A stretch of DNA of 64,000 nucleotides from Antedon mediterranea (Eukaryota > Animalia > Echinodermata), in assembly GCF_964355755.1 (NCBI RefSeq), contig NC_092675.1, forward strand, positions 3,963,812 through 4,027,811, given 5' to 3'. A model generated the notes under the pieces. That model saw only the letters and a list, made by a program, of their open reading frames with translations. It made no database searches and was not told the DNA's origin. Position numbers and translations under genes: made by a program. How positions within the stretch are numbered: position 1 is the stretch's first letter; each line of letters starts with the position of its first letter. Positions 12,431 to 24,818 of the stretch are shown piece by piece.

Positions 12431-13961
12431 ACCTAAACTTAAAGATTTAAAGACCACTCCAATTATAGAGTTCTCCAAAAGATATGATTTTTCTTTTGTC
12501 CTGGTAAACTAAAATGTACCCAGCTAGTCAATGGGATTTCTATTACAGATCAAAACTAATAACATTCTTAGCATGTAGTGCTTTATGTTTGGCTGATAGT
12601 TAAACCCTAAAATTGATTTAATACCTTTTATTTATAGTTATTAATTCAGAAATCCCATTTCTTTTTTAAAGATCATTTCTGTAATTATGAAACTGATGAT
12701 AATATATTGAAAACCGAGATTGAATATCAAAATAGCTCAAACAGTAGATATAGACAGAAATCAGACTGAAATCTAGAGGATATCCGTTACATTAATTAGT
12801 ATTGCTGATTGGCTAGTCCTTTTGGATGGTACGTGTAATGACCAATTCAATTCTGTGAATAATTACATTAAGTGGCCAGCTGAGTGGTCAGTATTAAACT
12901 ACAGCCATCAGCAATTGAATACTAAAATGGAATTACAATTAAATTGATGAGAAAGCCATCAATTATCATCTTCAGAAGAGGTATACAATGTCAAAAGCGT
13001 CTGAATTCAGTCTTGGAACAGATTTTGTGTGATTGTATTTACTCGTATTGTCTAGCAACAAATCTATGCAGAAACTGTATCCTGTATAGTCTTATATACT
13101 TAAGTCGTTTTTTGCACAAAATTATTCGCAGTTCAGATAAAATTAGTGTATTTCGCAAGATCTCTGAAAACCAGTCATCAGATGAGACAAGAATAAAATG
13201 TTTTTGAAATGTGTAGTTAAAATTAATTTGGCAGTTCATCATGATTTTAATATTCATGTAAAATTCTAATAATATTAATTAATTTGAGATCAATTTCTAT
13301 GGCCTAAATTTAATGATTAAAATTTGTTTAATCAACTAATTTGTGGTTCTTTCAGTGGCGTAACAGCTATAAACACATAAGGCTACAATCCTGGATCCCC
13401 CTGTTATTAATTTAATGTATAAACTTTAGTGTTGGAAAAAAGTTGTCCAACCTTTGACATACTTCTTAAAACACAACAAGCCACATCAGCAAGTTTAGAG
13501 TTTCTCTATTTCTGTTAAAATTAATAAAGATAATAATAAACATCAATTGACTGATTAACTGTAAGATTTATATGACAACTCCACAAACATTGTATTAAAC
13601 AATGAATAATGGAAGTAGCATAATGGATAACCAGAGAGCTCCTGAAAACAACATGTCTTGTTTCGATCAATTACATAAAAGACTTGATAAGCTAATTGAC
13701 TGGATAAACAGTGTCAATGTAAGCCTTTAGTGGAATCAAATTGTGGCTAAGCCAGTGTCATAGCTAGCATATTGAATTAACAGACAGAGGGACAATGTTC
13801 AAATAACTCGCTGTTTATATCTTTAAAAAATGAATAAAAAAATTAGGAATGCAATCATTTTTTCACGACAGACCCATTTACCCAAAAAGGCACTTTGAAA
13901 ATTTGTAATGAATGAAAAGATTTTATTTGTTCTTGTTTTAATTTTCCTTTATTTCTTATAT

Positions 13962-14066
13962 TGGGTCACCACCTCAGCCAAAGAATAGCCTCCCAGAGGG
14001 CAAAGTTAATATGATGAGTGGACAGTGGCTGTGTGTGTACTAGTACACCGGGTAATTCCCTACTTG
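13962..14066 (-). mobile_element. Possible SINE fragment related to the element at 4172-4392
   Basis: Shares CACYGG...ATTCCCTACT with 4277-4299; GC-rich island in AT-rich context. Confidence 0.35.
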
Positions 14067-14755
14067 CCTAAAACATTACCTCAAAAGATGAGTATGTAAT
14101 AAGTAAAGTGTGCATGTTGTCTGAATATGCCACTGCACCTTAATACCTGCTTTTAGCTCATGTACAGTACGGTATGACATCTTTATATTCCATGCTATAT
14201 TAAAATATGTTTTAAACTCAATGAGCAAGCAGGATAAGCCATGTCACTTCTATTGGCTTTCCTGTCAAGCTATCTTGCCTAGAACTAGCTTATTATAAGA
14301 ACCCAAAGCTAAGCTTCATCTACAAAAAGCAATAAAATAGAATTGTTACTTATTATATTAAAACGATAACACTACAGTAAACTTACAATAACAGTTGTTA
14401 AATTTATAATTTAACAGGTAACTCAAGTGTGTTGAACTCTAGTCATTGACCTATTAATGTAGTTTAATGTAATTTTATATGAAATTAATTTATCTCGACT
14501 AGACAAATATGAATTATGAGATGATAAGAGCATTAGTCTGTTTCTTTGTCATCTATGAATAATTTAATTAAATACTATAACAACTTATGCTACATAACAG
14601 AATATTAATTTCATTTGTTAAGAAAGTTAAATGTTGACAAATTTGTCAGTGACACGTGAAAGCTTGTAGCATATTCTTAACATATTGATACAAAAAGCTA
14701 AATTCATTTAATTATAAATTTCATAATGATCTAACTCTAATTATTTTTTTTTCAT

Positions 14756-14916
14756 TAAGTTTGGCTACAAGTAGGACACTATACAATGACGTATGTAGCG
14801 CAAAATCTCTTGACCAATCAAAAGCGATAGGTTAGCTGATTTGTCATTTCTGATTGGTCAAATTACATTGGATGTGTTTACATCCTTGTGTTACATCTTA
14901 GTGGTAACCAAGTTTA
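14756..14916. mobile_element. Old palindromic MITE
   Basis: Inner IR TTGACCAATCA / TGATTGGTCAA plus decayed outer arms (TTGGCTACAAGTAGGAC / ATCTTAGTGGTAACCAA). Confidence 0.55.
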
Positions 14917-15952
14917 GTATTAGTATTGTCATAGCATACTCTATGTCAGGCAGGCAAGAAATAACAACAAATAGGAGGTTGTCTTTATTATACTTGTACA
15001 ATTACAATACTACGTCTTCTCAACATTTCTTTCATTTGGCATATTTACTCACACATTAATTTTGTTTACAATAATATACGTCATAATTAAGTCACAAGCT
15101 ATTTTTTTAGCACACAATTTATCTGACAGAGGTATAGTGCTTTGTTATAAGTTTAGCATGTGTTTTTTATAGACCATATTATTTTATATACTGTACAAAT
15201 CTTAAATCTTATAAAGTGATAAAAAGATGTTTATCTTAACATTATTCCTGAAGAAATTTAGAGAATAACAAACATCAAGACAATTTCAACATTTTTTAAT
15301 TGTTATGGAAGACATGAAACTTTATTTTATTAATGTTTATTTAACTTGCAAACCTTTGAACATATAATATATGTTACTGGTATGACAGGATGAGTGCATA
15401 TCAGAAAAAAGACCTTTCCCTCATCTTCACCAGTAATTCATTTTCGGTATATCATTGGGTGGTTTAGTGTTTCTCTAAACTAAACAAGTTGTGTAATGTG
15501 TGCAAATATAAGACAAATCAATTTATGTTATCAAAAAACCTTCAATATTTAATATACCTACTTATTTTCATGTTGATTTCAAATTATTTATATGTTATCT
15601 CTAAAGTCTAAATAAATTTATTATTCAGTTCAAAGTCCTTTTAGTTTAGAAAAAACATACATCATAAGAAAAAGTGTTTTAAATAGCTTTTAATTTCTCA
15701 CCGATTGTTTCATATTTTACTTTCAATACAAATTTATTATTCAGTTCAAAGTCCTTTTGGCATAGAAAAACCGCACATTTTTCACTTTTTTCAATTATGA
15801 AAATGAAACTTGTTTGCTTATTTCCATAAAATGCAAGTGGTTTATCAAATTAACAAGTTTTCAGTCAATTTGTTAACCTAAATCAAACAAGACATTTCCT
15901 GCTGGTTGCATTAAATGGTAACATTTGAATAATTTAATGGTTAGTTGCTTAA

Positions 15953-16207
15953 AGGGAAATTCCTAGTTTAAAGCTCTGTTTACACTATACAAAAGTGTGC
16001 CCAAATGTAGTAGTGGTATGCCCAAATATGGTAGTTATATGACATCATCATATGGGAATATGGGCCATATTTGGGCATTTCACATTTTGTTGTCACATAA
16101 AGTTTGATAGTGTAGACAGAGCCTAATAAAATGTATTTATATTATGGCACATTCATTATAATAAGAAAGTTCAGAAATTTCAAATGTTCTAAACTGGAAT
16201 TTCCTCT
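15953..16207. mobile_element. Short TIR element remnant (Kolobok-like) hosting a nested MITE
   Basis: TTAA then AGGGAAATTCCTAGTTTA on the left; TAAACTGGAATTTCCTCT on the right; right TTAA is not intact. Confidence 0.5.
15972..16123. mobile_element. PIF/Harbinger-like MITE, copy 1
   Basis: TIRs AGCTCTGTTTACACTAT / ATAGTGTAGACAGAGCC; TAA on both sides; internal GCCCAAATATGGTAGT repeats; second copy at 62016-62177. Confidence 0.85.
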
Positions 16208-17019
16208 ACATAATACTACATTTCAAAAAGGGCCTAATTCACAATCCGTCGTTGTGAGTGCCAGATAAAATATTATAATAATTTTTTTTGGTTATTATTT
16301 CCACTCTTTTTCTTTTTTTTTTTTTCATTATTTCTTGCAAATGATTATAATTGTTAAAAAAAACACAATAGCAATTCTAAGCGCGAAGTTACCCTTAGCC
16401 TTTAGATGATACGTTTGAATGATTGGCCGGCTTGCTCGTTGTATTAGCTACAAATGTCCACTGTTATCATTTTTGGGTTTCTATTACTTTAGTTCTAATA
16501 TCCTTAGCTTTTGGCAATATCAAGTTTTAACAATAGAAGCTGTTTGCTTTTAAGGGAAATGGATACATTTGAAGGCATGTAAGTTATATCTGAACATAGT
16601 CTATTGAATCAATCTCAAACTGTTGATAATTTTAATATATTTTACTTAATGTCAAACTTTCGGAAGAGGTTTTTGTTTCAGATATGACATTTTAAAGATA
16701 AACATTAAAGGGATGGTGGATAACAATTATAAAATGAAATGATACTCGAGTATTTCAAGTTGGAAGATGGGAGGTGGATGGGTTTTTAGTGCATTTTGTA
16801 TCTAGATGAGGATTGCAGCAACAAACAGAGGTACATGGCTATGTGAGGCGTATCACTCTCAAGTCCAAAATAATAATTATGACCGCAGATAGTAAATATT
16901 ATATATAATAAATAGTATACGGAAAGAAGAGTGTTAGTATGAATGTATTCTCATCTCCATATGTTGTGTACATTAACATCAAGGAGAAAAGACTGTTGGT
17001 TCTGCCTCCTCAATCATAA

Positions 17020-17255
17020 ACTCCCCCTCTCTTCTCCAAACCATCTTTCAAACATGAACACCTCCCCCTCCCTTCTCTGAACCATCTTTCACACATAAAT
17101 GCCTCCCCTTCCCTTCTTCAAACCATCTTTCACATATGGATGCCTCCCCCTCCCTTCTCCAAACCATCTTTCACACATAAAGTGCCTCCCCCTCCCTTTT
17201 TCAAACCATCTTTCACACATAAATGCCTTTCCTTTCCTTCTTCACACCATCTTCA
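17020..17255. repeat. ~42-43 bp pyrimidine-rich minisatellite, 5-6 copies
   Basis: AAACCATCTTTCACACATAAATGCCTCCCCCTCCCTTCT-type units. Confidence 0.9.
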
Positions 17256-20200
17256 TCATCATGAATGAAAAATGCTGAATAATTCAAGTCTACTTTATAT
17301 AAACAACTTTCATTATCATAGATATTGATTGCTATCAGACTCAACAAATACTACTTTGTTTAAATTGGCCAGCCCAATTAAGAATCACAAAATGAAAGTT
17401 CAACGTACTATTATGCATCAATCAACAACAATGTTTCTTAAAGACCAAAGCAGAAAAAAAATGTGTCATTACCAGGGAATAATATTCCAAATATGGTAAT
17501 GTATATAATGAAAGGTTTTGTGTGATTTCCATACCAACAGATTGCGACCTACATTCATTCAATAATGTAATGATGATATAAATATTCAAGATAATTTAAA
17601 ATATTAAATTTGTAATCAGACATATCGATTGCATTGAATTGTTACATTTTTATTGTTCAAAGCTGAATGTACTTTATTTGGAAAAGAAAGAAAAGTATTA
17701 CAAAACAAATATGCTGATATAAATTAAACAATACAATTTTAAGTATTGATTTAAAAAAAAAACATTTCTATACAGTATATTATAAAGATAATTTATATGT
17801 AAACATTAGTCATAGTATTCAAATAAACATAACATGACTGAGATTAAAACAAGTATAAATCTAAAAATGATGTTCAATACCATATTGGGAGGTTTTAAAT
17901 TTCTGGAATGCAAGAAATAAAACTGTTACTGCTAATAAAAAAAAACAATACTAAACATATAATTCAGCCTTTGTCAAGCCAATCCCTAGCATCCAAGACA
18001 CCAAAATGAAGACACAAGCCTAAATCTGATATTACAATGGCCCTTGGCCTAGACTTAGCATAAATCTGTCTGCTGACGTTCAGTAAGTGTGCCACTCTTG
18101 TGCCAGACGTAAGCACTGATTGGTGGATTTCTCACAGCCAGAGGCAGCTTTATTGGCTTCCTTTTTAAATAATGCCAAGTCTTTTGTGTTTTCATATCAC
18201 ACATTATGTTTTGCTATATTAGATTAACAACCAAGTAAACCATGTCACAGGTAGTAAAATAATAGACTACACTCTGTTAATTTTATCGCAGATATCCAAA
18301 AGCATGATTTTGTAATGGTCAGTTAACGACTATTCTCAAGATATCTTTTCCCTAGATGGCAATAAAATTTACACAAACAAAGGATACATAATCAATTGTT
18401 TACCTTCTTTGTGCTAAATAATAATTTATCTTATTCATATAGGCCCCTACGTTTAAAATAGAAAGTAACAACAATAAATCTAAAATATATAATTTAATAT
18501 TTTTCTAATTCTCAATTGAGGGGAGAGCCCAAGGGCCGATTATGGAAATTATTGTTGCAATTATAAAATGTTTTGTAAACTGAAAGCCAAAAAAAAAATG
18601 TATTTACAATAAACAAAATTATATTTAAATTTCAACTAATAGACGCCAACATATCTTGACCCGTAATCATGATTAAATATTATTTAATGTTTGAAAGCCT
18701 AACCAATTACATTTAAAACACTATTAATTTACAAGAAAACTTGAATTAAATTATGTACAAAATATTAAAAAAACAAAACTAATACAGGATTTAAAAAACG
18801 GTACCAAAAATAACACAAAAGTACACCAAGAATAATTCATAAGACTATAGAAAGTCTATGATAAAACAAATAAATTATTTTATAAAACAATAATAAAGAT
18901 ACGTTTCAATAAAGTGAAGTGTACTTTCTAAAATGAAAAATAATTAAATTAAATAGATTTTATAAAGCACATGCCAAGTCAAGTATAACAACACTGCTTG
19001 TACACAGAAAAGACATAAATTATGTAATACTACTTATATATAATATGAATTTATATATTTAAACAATTTATTATTGATCTCATAAATATTTGTATAAAGA
19101 CCTATTGTAGAAATGAAGAATGGGAAACAACTCTATTGTATAATCATGTCCTCAATCATTGTATTATGTAGAATTTATACAGAATTAGTACTTTGAACTA
19201 CTGTATATGTATCTATGGAGAAAAAAAATAGACTATATATAGCAACGTAATTAAAATGAATTAGTTTCAAAAGCATCGAACCAAGTATTCATTGAGGCTT
19301 ATCGGTTTTGTTGTTCAGTTCCACAAGTTTGTTTGTTTCAATCAGTTTTTAACCTGATTAAATGAATAAATCCATAATACTGTTTAATTTCAAGGTGGTA
19401 TTGATGCAATGCATCAATGGCATAATAATGATTGTGGTGCTTTTTTATTTTACATTATGAAATGGTAGATCTATCCCTCAATAAGGATTTTTAGATCTGA
19501 TACGTTTTGAATCAAGGTACAACATTTTTTGTTGTGCCTCAGGTGCCCTTATGTTACGAGTGGTGACCATAGGATCATGCACTTGTGGCCAAGTTACAAT
19601 ATTTAGAAAATGTATGTCCACCAGATCAGGGTGCACAGAATGTCTGTAACTACTACAGACGTTCAATACAATTACAGACTTATGGAATGGATATAAACAA
19701 TGAAAATATATTTAGGCCACAAAATTAAGAAAACCTCAAGTAAAACACAATACTCTACGGACAAATAAACAACCAACGCACCATGAAAAGCTCTCCTTCC
19801 GGATTTTCCGCAACCAACAAGTGTCAAAACACAGCATGGTAACTGTTTTTATGACGTCGACAACGACAACACACCTATCAAGTCAGAAAATTGCAAAACT
19901 ACATACACTAAAAAACATGTGCGCATGTACAGAATGATTGACACGATGCATAAAAAAAATTACTGAAATTAATTATAGTCAGTTGAGAACTGTGCCAGAT
20001 GCTTTAATACAACAGTTTTAGATGCAGAATTCATCAACATTCAGTTTCCATGATAAGCAGCAACCAAAATATTGCCATAGTGACAAACAGTGGAAAAACT
20101 GCCTAATGTGGACATAGTTAGACAAAAGATTGGGAAAATGGGAGAATTAAAACACTTCTACTTATTTGATTTGTTTGTAACATAACCTTTAATTTCATAC

Positions 20201-20551
20201 TGGTAGTTGTTATTCAATGTTTTTTTAATATTCATAATCTAAAAATGAACAATCAACTTGAAGATGCTTACATGGTTTGTTGTTCCTTATCAAGGTCAGG
20301 TAGTTCTTTAATTAGTCTCGCTGTATTTTGTTCAAGTATTGATGGAAATGAAGGTCTATTAAGTGCAGTCAAAAACATCAAATTAAGGAGAATGGATTTA
20401 CTTTACAAGACCTAGTACTATATCTACTTCACACTTCATTTAGTCCACGGATAGCTGGGTTTTGTTATCTCTGTCTGTTTTCTCTTTATTCCATTGTCTG
20501 TATAAAGCAACACTATCGTCAATCTCCAATATTATTGGTATGTAACGCTTA

Positions 20552-20644
20552 TGCCTCTTCTCCTCTGTTAAAGTGGGCACTGGACGACAGAAGCCCTTGG
20601 TCAACGTTGGGACCAGCTAAAGGTGCTTTAAACAGTCCTGGCTT
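20552..20644. repeat. Short dispersed repeat, copy 1
   Basis: GTGGGCACTGGACGACAGAAGCCCTTGGTCAACGTTGGGACCA...GGTGCTTTAAACAGTCCTGGCTT recurs at 59577-59668. Confidence 0.85.
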
Positions 20645-23600
20645 AGTCATCGTTCAGATGAATGTAAGACTAATTGACATTGTAGTTTATAACAGATGTC
20701 GGCCATATAAAAACATATAATACGCTATGTGCGGTACTTAATTTCCCTCCTATTTATCATCTCTCTTTCCTCCAGTTCTTCATCGCTATCACCTCTTATG
20801 TATCATCTACCTCCCCACCTAAAATAAGTCTTCCCCTCCAATTTTTAATTTTTATTTCGCTGTCTTTGTTCCGCTGTCAGGTTGGTCTTTTTGCTGCTGT
20901 GTTACATAATATTACACAATATAAGCACATTTAATGGAATACATTTGTATTCTATAGATTTGACCAGATTACAGCAAGTTCATAGAATGCACTGGTTACC
21001 TGTTGAGTTAACTTCCCATTAATTTAGAATTTATTGGGAGCAGTTTGTTCACAAAAAACTAATAGTTATTGTACAATAGCATGTTTATATATACACTAAT
21101 ATTACTGATAAATAATAATAAGAATAAAATCTACAATATTACAAAGTAGAACTCTACTTTTTGACCCCCCTAATTCAGGGAATTCCTTTTTTACATGAAA
21201 CAATTTTTTTTTTTTCATTTCTTTATTCAAATCAAAGTAACAATAAAAAAACGTTACGGGAATGAATTCGGGGTAGCACAAAAAAAGTAACCAATGGTCA
21301 ACCTTATATCCATTGTGGCCCTTAAGGATGAAATAGGTACAGAATATAGTTATATAAAATTAGCCAATTAAATTACAAATAACTATAACATATGTATTAA
21401 GTAATGTTACAATTGTGTTACAATGCTCAGAAACCATCCAGTATAACCTCTCGGAGGTGAATTCCTGATTTTACTTTTGAATTGATTGATGGTCTCTGAG
21501 CATCAATGGAAAATATACATTTTACCCCTTCTAATATGTTTCTATAGTATTATCATTAATGCTCTTCTTCCTCCTACTATCACTAGTCATAACAAATGAA
21601 TAGTGGTTTTCTGAAAACTTAGCAAATTCTTGTGTTTCATTTTTAAATCTTTTAACATTTAGTTTTGTTGTATTTTCCTTTTAAAGATTCAACCACTACT
21701 TCTCACAGCATTTTCTATTTTCAATAATTTGCAAATGCCATTTTTATTTATTAAATTTGAGAAATTATGATATTTTGAGTAACTTAACTTCACAAAAAAT
21801 GTGTAAATTATATATAATTGCATGTATTAAATAGGAAATAAAAAATCATGTCCTTATTGTCCGTAGACTGACATAGAATTAGCGGATACATTTAACCAGA
21901 AGAAATTGTGTGGATATAAAATCTTTCTTTTAAGTCCAGTGCAACCACACTTAACTCATTAATAACACAGTGACATAACATCTTTATGTTCTATCTATAC
22001 ATTTACCTTAAATATGCACAGTGTTTCTTTTCTGTATTTACAGAGGTCTCACTTCAAGTTAAAAAGAACATCAGAAAGGGATATTCGCATTTACGATGGT
22101 TAATCTAAGATACATCATTATGATACATCATTTAATTTTTAAATTCTGTCATTTTTACGTTGTAGATTCAACCTCATATAAACGTAACCTCATAATGTAA
22201 AATCATTTTATATAAGCATTTCCCTGAAGCATTTATATTTATTGGATAGACACGTGTATTTTAAATTATCAAGCTTTATTTGAACTAATGAAAGCTGTGT
22301 TAACTGGGTTCAACACGGCTAAGGTAGGCTAGACGTCGTATAGACAACTAAAGTTAAAGATAATATACCTAGCAGTATTCACAGATCTAACAGCTTTCCA
22401 TGATGAAAATCAGCAAATAATTGTTAACTTAAGATAGACCAACTATAATTTTAAACAACTTAAGCTGTTTACTAACAAATATGCTAAAACATATGACCCA
22501 TAATGTCAAGTATTTTGGAAAGAAGAATTTTCAGAATCAGAATAGTCTGCTTAGCAAGAAATCTGGTTTTCTGTGCGTCTATTTTTAATAGTCAACTGTA
22601 ATACATACGGCATAGCTGTTTCATCATGTTTGTAATAAACAAACTTATGATGCTTACCTATAGGCAAAAGTTAAATATGCAGATAACTAAAATAAAATCC
22701 AAACATCTATCAATCAATCAATATTAATAAGATTGTATTTTTAAAAAAATAATTAGGCAACTCATTTGTGAAACTTAAAAGCTACTAAAACCAAACAAAA
22801 CCCACATAACTGCATTTCATTTACCAGCAATTTAGACATTAGGTAAAAATTAGAATAGAACGAATAATGAAAGATTATAAATAAAATTTTATTATATAGG
22901 AGAAAATGATATTCAGACTTTCAATGAATGAAAATATTCTCCTCATTTAATAAATTCAAAACATTCATCATTTATTGTATACTAGAGAAAACTTGTATTC
23001 AATTAAATCAAACATTTAAAGCTAAGTAAACATTTGGGGCTCAGATTTTTGGGCTTCTCCTGCAATATTCAGGTCTATTTATTACACATAATCTGAGTGT
23101 TCATTTTTACCTTTAATATGTTATGTTGTAACTTAATTTAAGTTATTTATTTTAACTTGTACTTAAAAACAACAACAAAATAAGAAATATAAATATTGAT
23201 CTATCAATAAATAGTTTTTATTTTAATTTATCAAGTTCAAAATGAAAAAAAAAAAATAACAGAGGGCTCACTACAAATATTCGTAACACTCTTTTATAGA
23301 AAAAAATGTTAACATGTATAATTTGTTTGTTTTTGAAGTAAATATGATGGAGATACTGGATGTGTATTAAATAATAACTTGTAAAAGATTCACAGAAAAT
23401 AGGTATACTGTATCTGTAGAAACACCCAAAATTACCCCCCATCATCAGAGCACAATGAAAGTTTATATTATCATAAAAAAGGATATCTATATATATATAT
23501 AATCCAACGACAAATTACTGGAAAAATGACAATTCAGTGAGTATCAGTGGCTGTATCTCAATGGAGATAAAAAATAATGCTTCCATCATTAACCTACCCC

Positions 23601-24592
23601 ATATTAACATCTCCAAATTACAATACAATTTTATTGAACCATATTTTAAATAATTATTTGTAAAAATTAAATAAATGCTATACTGGAGTGGATGAGACTT
23701 ACCCAAGACTATAGGCTTGGTAAACTTAACAGACATTAAACAAGGTTATTGAACCTCAGACTAAAAACCCTTATAAATTTGATTATAAAACATCGACAGA
23801 TTTCAGAATTGAATTGAACATTCAACATTTCAGATTGCATTCCCTTAGCAACTTATTTCCTTTTGGTCTACTAATTTTATGAGGCAATTAAATCTATACA
23901 AAACATTTTCTAGTATAACATTATTTTAGATTAGGTACTTTTAGATCAGAGCAAATTGCATACATATCATAACATGTAGAAAATCTCTTTCATCTATCCC
24001 GTTAAATTGACTTCAACATTTACAACTGTGCTAAATTTGTTTTGCTTCGGTTGTGCATAATCCGAGAAAGATTTCATCAACCCCAGCCACGACAGAAACT
24101 TGCACCAATAACAATTAAAAGGAAAAGATATTGGAGGTCAATTTTAAAATCAATTTAAACGGATTTATTGTATTTGTTAAAAGAGGATTTTGGGAGTTAA
24201 AGGACACAAATTTTATACAATTTTGGCCAATGTATTATTGCATATCTGCTTCCTACTTATTATTCATGGAAAGTATGATGTTAATTTAAGTAAATATTTT
24301 TATGGATGATATATTTTATTGTAAGTGAATAATTGAATTTTTGTAATGATAATCTTACTAAGCCTAGTAGGCATTACAAATTAAATACTTCCATTCTCAT
24401 CAATTTTTTTTTCTCCATCTTCCATTAAAAAAAATGAAATTGTCTTCAATTTTATTTCCTCTAGAAAATTTTGTCTAACTTGTCTGATATTTGTGTTTAA
24501 ACTTTTTCTTATCTCTAAACTGAAATAATAATAATTATTTGTATGAATTTCATTTAATTTCCAGAATGGCTGATATCATCAAAATATGGTAT

Positions 24593-24818
24593 ATTACACA
24601 AACCAGAAATGGTGTTGGTAGTCTATGAAAGTGCCGGTTACCTGGATAAACCCGACATAAGACCTTTTCCACAAAGTGCGAAACAATTACGAAAAGAAGA
24701 ATTTAGCGGTAGCTCACCTCCGTGATAAATGGGACAGTCCGATATAGCGCCCTCTAGTGGGACCACTCCCACGTAATACCGTCATCATTTATCCAGGTAA
24801 GCAGGCACGATATAGACT
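24593..24818 (-). mobile_element. Asymmetric inverted-repeat element, copy 2 (family of 2560-2807)
   Basis: Identical 34-nt end; IR AGTCTAT..GTGCC..TTACCTGGATAAA / TTTATCCAGGTAA..GGCAC..ATAGACT; colinear but diverged interior. Confidence 0.75.
24746..24760 (-). promoter_or_regulatory. CTCF consensus-like site
   Basis: Reverse complement CCACTAGAGGGCGCT matches the CTCF core consensus; binding is not demonstrated. Confidence 0.45.

Noticed and set aside
21550-21815. Possible L1/Tx1 3' remnant (LHIFCE on the minus strand)
   Set aside because: A single short motif among many stops is insufficient.
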